A DNA stretch of 63,833 bases, counting the filler. It is 5 parts of 5 records of this genome, joined end to end, with 100 filler letters (N's around TTAATTAATTAA, not from the genome) between each part and the next. Parts side by side here need not be neighbours in the genome. Positions count along the whole stretch, not along the records: positions 40,466 to 58,541 come from SRR20825010_1551; positions 58,642 to 63,833 come from SRR20825010_1563; 3 more parts are not named here. One strand, 5' to 3'. Under the pieces are notes generated by a model. It saw nothing but the letters and a program-made list of their open reading frames with translations. It was not told the origin of the DNA and did not search any database. The position numbers and the translations under genes are program-made. This document shows, in pieces, positions 51,551-58,646 of the stretch. Each line of letters starts with the position of its first letter. Positions within the stretch are counted from its first letter, which is position 1.

Positions 51551-51558
51551 CAAAAGTA
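51551..51558 (-). promoter_or_regulatory. Bacteroidota -7 promoter element for the helicase gene
   Basis: TACTTTTG on the minus strand about 140 nt upstream of the ATG. Confidence 0.55.
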
Positions 51559-51749
51559 AGCTAAAGTTTTCAGTTAGCAGCGGTTGTTGGCAGTTTTTTG
51601 TGAAATGTTTAAAAAGTTACCGTTTGTAGTGGCAGTCAGTAGTTTTGGTAATTAGTGAAAACCGCCAAGGAAACCTGCAATTTGAAACCACACAAGCCTC
51701 AATAATCCGTGTTAGCTTTAGCTATAAACTGCAACTGAATACTGCCAAC

Positions 51750-52322
51750 TTATTTAGAGAGATAATCGATCAACTTGCGCATTGCTTTTCCACGATGGCC
51801 TATTTCACTTTTTTGCTGAAGTGTCATTTCTGCAAACGTTTTATCGAAACCTTTGGGTTGAAAAATTGGATCGTAGCCAAAGCCTGAGTCGCCACGCAAT
51901 TCGTTAATTATTTCCCCTTCACAAATACCTAAAAACATAACTTCTTCGTGGTCCAATGAAAGTGCAATAGCTGTTTTAAATCTTGCAGAACGATTTTCTT
52001 TACTTTCTAAATTAGAAAGTAATTTTTTAATATTTGCATTTGAATCGTGAGAAGCACCCGCATATCGCGCACTATAAACCCCCGGCTCGTTGTTTAAAGA
52101 TTGTACTTCTAAACCTGTATCGTCCGCAAAACAGTTTAAATTATAGGTATCACGCACGTAATTTGCCTTCAAAATAGCATTGTCTTCAATGGTTTCTCCA
52201 GTTTCTTCAATATCATCATTGCAGCCAATATCATCCAAACTCAACAATTCTATATGGTGTGGAAGCATTGCTTTTACTTCAGTGAATTTATTTTTATTAT
52301 GGGTAGCGAAGACGAGTTTCAT
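51750..52322 (-). CDS. rdgB: Non-canonical purine NTP pyrophosphatase (RdgB/HAM1)
   Basis: FATHNKNK, ADDTGL, PGVYSARY, GFGYDPIF, HRGKA. Confidence 0.93.
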   Translation of the reverse strand: MKLVFATHNKNKFTEVKAMLPHHIELLSLDDIGCNDDIEETGETIEDNAILKANYVRDTYNLNCFADDTGLEVQSLNNEPGVYSARYAGASHDSNANIKKLLSNLESKENRSARFKTAIALSLDHEEVMFLGICEGEIINELRGDSGFGYDPIFQPKGFDKTFAEMTLQQKSEIGHRGKAMRKLIDYLSK

Positions 52323-52376
52323 AATTTAGAATTGAGTATTTAATATTGAGAATTCGTTGGATTGAGTATTAAAAAT

Positions 52377-53042
52377 TTATTTATTGGCTGTTTTTTCAGC
52401 AATATATCTTTCAATAATTTCATCTGAAGCTTTAATGGTTTTTTGAAGCCATTGCATTTCAATTTCAAATTTTTCTGCTTCGGAAAGTTGCCAATCAATA
52501 TTTGTTTGCTTCATTCGTGAAACCACACTTTGCAGTATAATTGCCGCAGAAACAGAAATATTTAAACTTTCGGTAAAACCATACATCGGGATTTTTAAAA
52601 ATCCGTCTGCTGCATTCATCACTGTATCACTCAATCCATCGGTTTCTTTTCCGAAGAAAAAAGCACTTTTTTTGGTAACATCAAAATCATGCAACATCGT
52701 AGAATTGGTGTGTGGCGTAGTCGCAATAATCTGATATCCTGAGTTTTTTAAGTTTGAAATACAATCTTTTATGGAACTATATCTTTTAAAATCGACCCAT
52801 TTTTGTGCGCCCATTGCAATTTCTTTATCAATCCGCTTGCTTACCTTTTCTTCAACCACATGCAAATCCTGGATTCCAAAAACATCGCAAGTTCGCATTA
52901 CTGCACTAGTGTTATGAAGTTGATATACATCTTCTGTAACCACCGTAAAATGACGTGTTCTATCTGAAAGAACTTTCTGAAAAAGGTTTTTTCTACGCTC
53001 CGTCAGGTACGTTTGTAGGTATTGTAACAATGCTAAATCCAA
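52377..53042 (-). CDS. trmH: TrmH-family (SpoU) RNA methyltransferase
   Basis: HNTSAVMRTCD, FGKETDGLS, IPMYGFTESLNISVSAA. Confidence 0.85.
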   Translation of the reverse strand: MDLALLQYLQTYLTERRKNLFQKVLSDRTRHFTVVTEDVYQLHNTSAVMRTCDVFGIQDLHVVEEKVSKRIDKEIAMGAQKWVDFKRYSSIKDCISNLKNSGYQIIATTPHTNSTMLHDFDVTKKSAFFFGKETDGLSDTVMNAADGFLKIPMYGFTESLNISVSAAIILQSVVSRMKQTNIDWQLSEAEKFEIEMQWLQKTIKASDEIIERYIAEKTANK

Positions 53043-53126
53043 AGAAAATATTTAATTTTAAGCGAAGATAATCAATAGTACGCAGTTGGCAGTAACGGTT
53101 AGCAGTGCAATGTTTAAAATATAAAA

Positions 53127-53807
53127 ATGAAAATCGCAGTATTAACAGGCGCTGGCGTGAGCGCAGAAAGTGGCATAAATACTTTTAGAGATAGCGACGG
53201 TCTTTGGGAAGGGCATGATGTTATGGAAGTTGCTTCTCCAGAAGGCTTTCAACGCAATCCTGCTTTGGTACTGGATTTTTACAACCAAAGAAGAAAACAA
53301 CTCTTAACAGTGCAACCAAATTTAGCACATAAATCTTTAGCAGCACTTGAAAAAACACACGATGTAACAATTATTACACAAAATGTAGACGATTTGCATG
53401 AACGCGCTGGTAGCACTAACGTTATCCATCTTCACGGGGAATTACTAAAAGTGCGGAGCACCTTTAATGAAGATTTGGTCTTAGATTGGAGTAAAGATTT
53501 AAACATAGGCGATTGCTGTGAAAACAACCATCAGCTTCGTCCACATATTGTTTGGTTTGGTGAAATGGTACCTATGATTGAAAAAGCTGCTGAAATTGTG
53601 GCACAAGCAGATAGTATTATCATTGTGGGAACTTCCATGCAAGTATATCCTGCGGCTGGCTTGGTGCAATATTCAAAAGAGAATACACCTATTTATTTTG
53701 TAGACCCAAAACCATCTATATCAGAAACCAAAAGAATCACTGTTTTTCCTGAAAATGCTTCAACTGGGGTTCCAAAAGTTGTAAAATTGATAGCTGAAAT
53801 TGAGTAA
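53127..53807 (+). CDS. cobB: NAD-dependent protein deacylase (sirtuin)
   Basis: GAGVSAESG, TQNVDDLHERAG, HLHGE, RPHIVWFGE. Confidence 0.93.
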   Translation: MKIAVLTGAGVSAESGINTFRDSDGLWEGHDVMEVASPEGFQRNPALVLDFYNQRRKQLLTVQPNLAHKSLAALEKTHDVTIITQNVDDLHERAGSTNVIHLHGELLKVRSTFNEDLVLDWSKDLNIGDCCENNHQLRPHIVWFGEMVPMIEKAAEIVAQADSIIIVGTSMQVYPAAGLVQYSKENTPIYFVDPKPSISETKRITVFPENASTGVPKVVKLIAEIE

Positions 53808-53808
53808 A

Positions 53809-54366
53809 ATGGCTCCGGAAAATTTATTTGAAAAACTAAACTACCTAAAAGCTTACCGAAAAAACCGTTTGGAAGCTGCGCATTGGGTGCTTTCTAATCC
53901 AAAATGTTTACCCGAGCTACTTGAATTTTGTTTTAAAAACGACGGCGATATAAATTTTAAAGCGGCTTGGGTTTTGGAGTTTGTATGCATTGATAAGATT
54001 CAATTATTACTTCCGCATCTTGATTATTTTTTTGAAAATCTTCCAAGAGTAACGCATGAATCTGCATTGCGTTCTTTGGCAAAAATATGTGAGCTATTGA
54101 CTATTCGGTGTTACAAAAACAAAGAAACTTTGGTTATAAACTCTTTAAAAGAAAGTCACAAAAACATCATGACAGAATGTTCTTTTGATTGGTTAATTAC
54201 CAATAAAAAAGTAGCTTGCCAAGCACATGCTATGTTATCCCTTTATTATTTAGGAAATGAAATTGAATGGATTCACCCAGAATTAAAAGTTATTTTACAA
54301 GAAAATATTCACCGCCAAAGTGCTGGATATAAAGCTAGGGCAAAAAAAATCCTAAAGCATCTTTAA
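53809..54366 (+). CDS. Hypothetical HEAT/ARM-like helical protein
   Basis: Helical 185-aa ORF (AAWVLE, FDWLI...KVA); start uncertain (53800 or 53809). Confidence 0.7.
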   Translation: MAPENLFEKLNYLKAYRKNRLEAAHWVLSNPKCLPELLEFCFKNDGDINFKAAWVLEFVCIDKIQLLLPHLDYFFENLPRVTHESALRSLAKICELLTIRCYKNKETLVINSLKESHKNIMTECSFDWLITNKKVACQAHAMLSLYYLGNEIEWIHPELKVILQENIHRQSAGYKARAKKILKHL

Positions 54367-54415
54367 TGAAAAACGTTATTTCTTCTTAATTTAATTACTC
54401 AGAAAGTAAATAGTA

Positions 54416-54796
54416 ATGACAAATAAAATTGAAACAAAAACACCTAATACTCCTGATGAGTATATTGCTCAATTTCCTTTTGAAACCCAAGTAATACTCA
54501 ATAAATTTCGAGCTATAATTAAAGAATCAGTTCCCAACGCTAAAGAAAATATAAGCTATGGAATGCCTGCATTTAAGCTAAATGGAAAGCCTTTAGTTTA
54601 TTTTGGCGGCTATAAAAACCATATAGGATTTTATGCGCTACCTTCTGGAAACACCGCTTTTAAAGAAGACCTTTCTATATATAAAACAGGCAAAGGTTCT
54701 ATTCAATTTCCTTTAAATGAAGAAATGCCTTGGACGTTAATAGAAAAAATTGTGAAATTTAGACAACTTGAAGTATTATCAACAACAAAAGATTAG
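54416..54796 (+). CDS. DUF1801 / YdhG-like protein
   Basis: DEYIAQF, ISYGMPAF, KNHIGFY, GKGSIQFP. Confidence 0.85.
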   Translation: MTNKIETKTPNTPDEYIAQFPFETQVILNKFRAIIKESVPNAKENISYGMPAFKLNGKPLVYFGGYKNHIGFYALPSGNTAFKEDLSIYKTGKGSIQFPLNEEMPWTLIEKIVKFRQLEVLSTTKD

Positions 54797-54816
54797 TTCA
54801 TGTTTAAGGCTTTTTT

Positions 54817-55338
54817 TTATTGTGTTACATCTTTTAACAGCCAGTTATCAACCTCAACAGAAGTGTCTTTAGTATGAAGTACGCTGATATCGCCAGTAGT
54901 TTCAAATATTACTGCACGTACTTCTGAAAGTTCTAAAACATTTGCTTCACGAAGTTTAGATCGTAAATCTGTTTCAGCAACGCGTGCTTTTTTAAGATTT
55001 TGATAAAGAATTTTTTCACCATCCATTAAAAGCATGGGTGTATTATCTACCAATTTTTGAACGAAATCATACCTTCTTAACATAGCTATCGATATTTGAA
55101 GTATATATACAAGCGCCAATCCCACAACTCCTTGCAACAAACTAATGGATTGTGTTAAGGCTGTAGAAGCAACAATGGAACCAATAGCTACAGTCATTGC
55201 AAAATCAAAACTGCTCATTTTAGAAAAACTTCGTTTGCCTGCAAATCGTGTAAAAAGTATAGTTGCTATATAAATTCCTATGATCGAGAGTGCTATTAAA
55301 ATTAAAGAATTAGGTGATGCTTCAAATAGTTTTTCCAT
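54817..55338 (-). CDS. DUF421 (YetF-like) membrane protein
   Basis: GKRSFSKMSSFDF and FETTGDISV. Confidence 0.85.
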   Translation of the reverse strand: MEKLFEASPNSLILIALSIIGIYIATILFTRFAGKRSFSKMSSFDFAMTVAIGSIVASTALTQSISLLQGVVGLALVYILQISIAMLRRYDFVQKLVDNTPMLLMDGEKILYQNLKKARVAETDLRSKLREANVLELSEVRAVIFETTGDISVLHTKDTSVEVDNWLLKDVTQ

Positions 55339-55361
55339 AGTTTTAAATTTACAATTATAGT

Positions 55362-56561
55362 TTATCTATTAAATTTATAATATTCTAAAAAAGGATGGGG
55401 ATTATCGTCAATTGAGCTTAACAGCGCCTCCATCCCCATTACACTGAAAGTAATACCGTTACCCCCAAAACCAAGTATGTAATGCTCCCTAACATCAGGG
55501 TTTGGCTTACCAAAATATGGCAATCCATCCTTTGTTTCTCCAAAAGTACCCGCCCAAGAATAATCAACTATAAATGGGATATTTGGAAAGCATTTTTTAA
55601 AACTCTTCTGTAATTCCTTTTCTTTCTTTGGAAGAAGTGAGTCCCTTCGCGTGGCATTTTTAAAATCACGATCACCACCACCCATTACAATTCGTCCATC
55701 TTCAGTACTTCGGAAGTATAAATACGGAGAATCAGTATTCCAATAGATTCTGTTTTTAAAAGCATTTGGTAATTTAGTATATGCTTCTGATGCCAATGCA
55801 AATGTACTTTTTAAGGATACAATATCTTCTTTTATGGTTTCAGTACTTTCATATCCGGTGCAGTGAACTACATCAATCGCTTTAATTGTAAAATCATTTT
55901 GAGTACTTGCAATTATACAATTATCTTTAGTTTTCACCTCTTTAATTTCGGTGCGATCATAAATTTCCAATCCTTTTTCACTACAGTATTTTAGAATATC
56001 GTTTGTTAATTTATATACATCCATAACAGCGCCAGATTTAGATTCTATTGCTGCGAACGCCTTTAAACCAAGCTTTTCTAAAGCTTCTTTAGCTAACCAT
56101 TTTACATCAAAACCATGCTTGCTTCTTACTTCAAATTCATTTTTAAGAAAAGAAACATCCTTTTTTGTTGAAGTGAAATAGATACTTTTTTTAAATACAA
56201 ATCCACAGTTGCTTTTCACTTTATCACAAATACTTTTTAAGTCTTTAATTGCTTTTTCACAATTTTGATAGCTAGAAACTGCACATGTTAACCCCACTTG
56301 CTTAATTAATTCATGCAATGGAACATCAATTTCATATTGAAGCATAGAAGTACTCGCGGCTGTGCTACCATTTGCAACATCACGACGATCTACCAAAATA
56401 ACTTTCTTCCCGCTTTCTATAAGTTTAAAAGCCATTAACGCTCCAGTTATTCCAGCTCCAATAATTAAAACCTCTGTTGATAGTGATTTTTGGATGGACG
56501 GATAGCTTTCTGGAAGGGAATTTTTAATAAGCCAAAAGGGTTCATTTGAACGTATATCCAT
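55362..56561 (-). CDS. FAD-dependent oxidoreductase (DadA/DAO family)
   Basis: IIGAGITG, GSTAAST, WAGTFGETKDGLP, GFGGNG. Confidence 0.88.
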   Translation of the reverse strand: MDIRSNEPFWLIKNSLPESYPSIQKSLSTEVLIIGAGITGALMAFKLIESGKKVILVDRRDVANGSTAASTSMLQYEIDVPLHELIKQVGLTCAVSSYQNCEKAIKDLKSICDKVKSNCGFVFKKSIYFTSTKKDVSFLKNEFEVRSKHGFDVKWLAKEALEKLGLKAFAAIESKSGAVMDVYKLTNDILKYCSEKGLEIYDRTEIKEVKTKDNCIIASTQNDFTIKAIDVVHCTGYESTETIKEDIVSLKSTFALASEAYTKLPNAFKNRIYWNTDSPYLYFRSTEDGRIVMGGGDRDFKNATRRDSLLPKKEKELQKSFKKCFPNIPFIVDYSWAGTFGETKDGLPYFGKPNPDVREHYILGFGGNGITFSVMGMEALLSSIDDNPHPFLEYYKFNR

Positions 56562-56748
56562 ATTTTTTTTATTGAAAGTTAAGCAATATGTTAATGTGAG
56601 AAATTGACTTTAATATTATTTTATTACTTCAGACTTCAAAATGAAAAAAAATTAACAACTCCCGTTAAACCCTTCTTAATTAAGAGTTCTATAAGAATCT
56701 TTCTCTATTATCAACAGTATCTTTATATAAATTAAAAAAACATAAACT

Positions 56749-57222
56749 ATGAAAACTACAATTGAAAAAGCAAAAGAGAACAACCATGATAAGTTGGTAA
56801 ATAATCTTCAAGAGCTTTTAGAAAAAAATTATGACGCTGAAAAAGGGTTTTCTAAAGCTATGAAAGATGCTAAAAACCCAAGGTTAAAAACTTTTCTACA
56901 ACAACAAGCAGCTCAAAGAAGCCGTTTTACAAATGAACTATCCCAAACCATTCGCAATCTTAACGAACAACCAAAAGAAAGCGGAAGTCTAACAGGCGAT
57001 CTTCACCGCACTTGGATAGATATAAAGAGTGCTGTATCAGGGAATGAAGATGAAGCTGTTCTGGAAGAATGTATCCGAGGTGAAAAAGCAAGCTGGGAAG
57101 AATACAGCAAGAAGTTGAAAAACGAAAACTTCCCTCCAAACATATCGGATGTTGTGCAAAGACAAGCTTCTGAAATCCACAATACATTAAGTAGAGTAAA
57201 AACACTTGAAGATCTTGCCTAA
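56749..57222 (+). CDS. PA2169-family ferritin-like four-helix-bundle protein
   Basis: YDAEKGF, LHRTWIDIKS, LEECIRGE. Confidence 0.85.
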   Translation: MKTTIEKAKENNHDKLVNNLQELLEKNYDAEKGFSKAMKDAKNPRLKTFLQQQAAQRSRFTNELSQTIRNLNEQPKESGSLTGDLHRTWIDIKSAVSGNEDEAVLEECIRGEKASWEEYSKKLKNENFPPNISDVVQRQASEIHNTLSRVKTLEDLA

Positions 57223-57260
57223 GAAGAATAGGAAATGAATAATATGAAGAAGAAAAAGGC

Positions 57261-57297
57261 AAAAAAAGCCCCAAAGCATTATGCTTTGGGGCTTTCT
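57261..57297. terminator. Bidirectional intrinsic terminator
   Basis: AAAGCCCCAAAGCAT-T-ATGCTTTGGGGCTTT. Confidence 0.8.
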
Positions 57298-57313
57298 AAA
57301 TATTAAAGATATA

Positions 57314-58541
57314 CTATGCTACAACAGGAATACCAGCATTTTTAATTGCTGCAAACCCACCTGCCACATCTACCAAATTATGGATTCCACGACTTTTTAA
57401 TATTGAAGCTGCGATAACAGAACGATACCCCCCAGCACAGTGGATGTAAAATTTTTCATCACTTGGAAATTCATTCAAATAATCATTTAAAAAACCAAGT
57501 GGTGTATGTACTGCGTCAGAAAGATGACCATTAGAAAATTCGCCATCATTACGAACATCAAAAACAGGAACATGTTGCTCCAATTCTGCTTTTAAAACCT
57601 CTGCATTAACAGATTCTAGCGTGTCAATTTCTCTTCCACTATTTTTCCAGGCATCAATTCCACCATTTAAATAACCAAGGGTTTTGTCGAAGCCCACTCT
57701 AGATAAACGTGTAACTGCTTCTTCTTCGCGACCAGGTGAAACCACCAAAAGAATTTTTTGGGATACATCTGCCAATAAAGCGCCAACCCAAGGTGCAAAA
57801 CCTCCGTCCAAACCTATAAAAATAGAACGAGGAATATGGCTTTCTATATATTCTGACTGGTGACGAACATCCAAAACGATTGCGCCTGTTTCATTCGCAA
57901 TTTTTTCAAAAATCTCTGGATCTAATGGTTTTGTTCCTTCAGCAATAACTTCATCAAAATTCGTGTAGCCCTCACGATTCATTTTCACATTCATAGGAAA
58001 ATAGGAAGGCGGAGGTGCCAAACCATCTGTAACTTCCTTTATAAATTCTTCACGAGTCATATCTGCTCGTAACGCATAATTCATTTGTTTTTGGTTGCCC
58101 AATGTATCTACCGTTTCTTTCATCATGTTTTTTCCACAGGCTGAACCTGCACCGTGTGCTGGATATACAACAACATCATCGTCTAAAACCATTATTTTAT
58201 TCCGAAGGCTGTCAAACAAAATACCTGCAAGGTCTTCTTGAGTAACTTCATTAGATTTCTGAGCAAGATCTGGACGGCCCACATCACCTAAAAAAAGTGT
58301 ATCGCCACTAAAAATTGCATGATCCTTACCGTTTTCATCTTTTAATAAATAGGTAGTACTCTCCATAGTATGGCCTGGCGTATGTAGTGCTGTAATTGTA
58401 ACATCGCCAAGTTTAAACACTTGATTGTCTTCTGCAATTGTAGCTTTAAAAGTAGGATTAGCTTTTGGCCCATATATTATAGGTGCTCCAGTTTGCTCTG
58501 AAAGCGTAACATGACCACTCACAAAATCTGCATGAAAATGA
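57314..58541 (-). CDS. MBL-fold hydrolase fused to rhodanese domains (persulfide dioxygenase-like; 5' truncated)
   Basis: HFHADFVSGH at the contig edge, HTPGHT, GDTLF, PAHGAGSACG, HCAGGYRS. Confidence 0.9.
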
Positions 58542-58641
58542 NNNNNNNNNNNNNNNNNNNNNNNNNNNNNNNNNNNNNNNNNNNNTTAATTAATTAANNN
58601 NNNNNNNNNNNNNNNNNNNNNNNNNNNNNNNNNNNNNNNNN
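58542..58641. other. Artificial contig linker
   Basis: N44-TTAATTAATTAA-N44. Confidence 0.98.
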
Positions 58642-58646
58642 CTTTT

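Noticed and set aside
53127-53807. SIR2 domain as an anti-phage defence gene (Thoeris/DSR)
   Set aside because: Short stand-alone CobB-type deacylase with canonical motifs and no defence partners nearby
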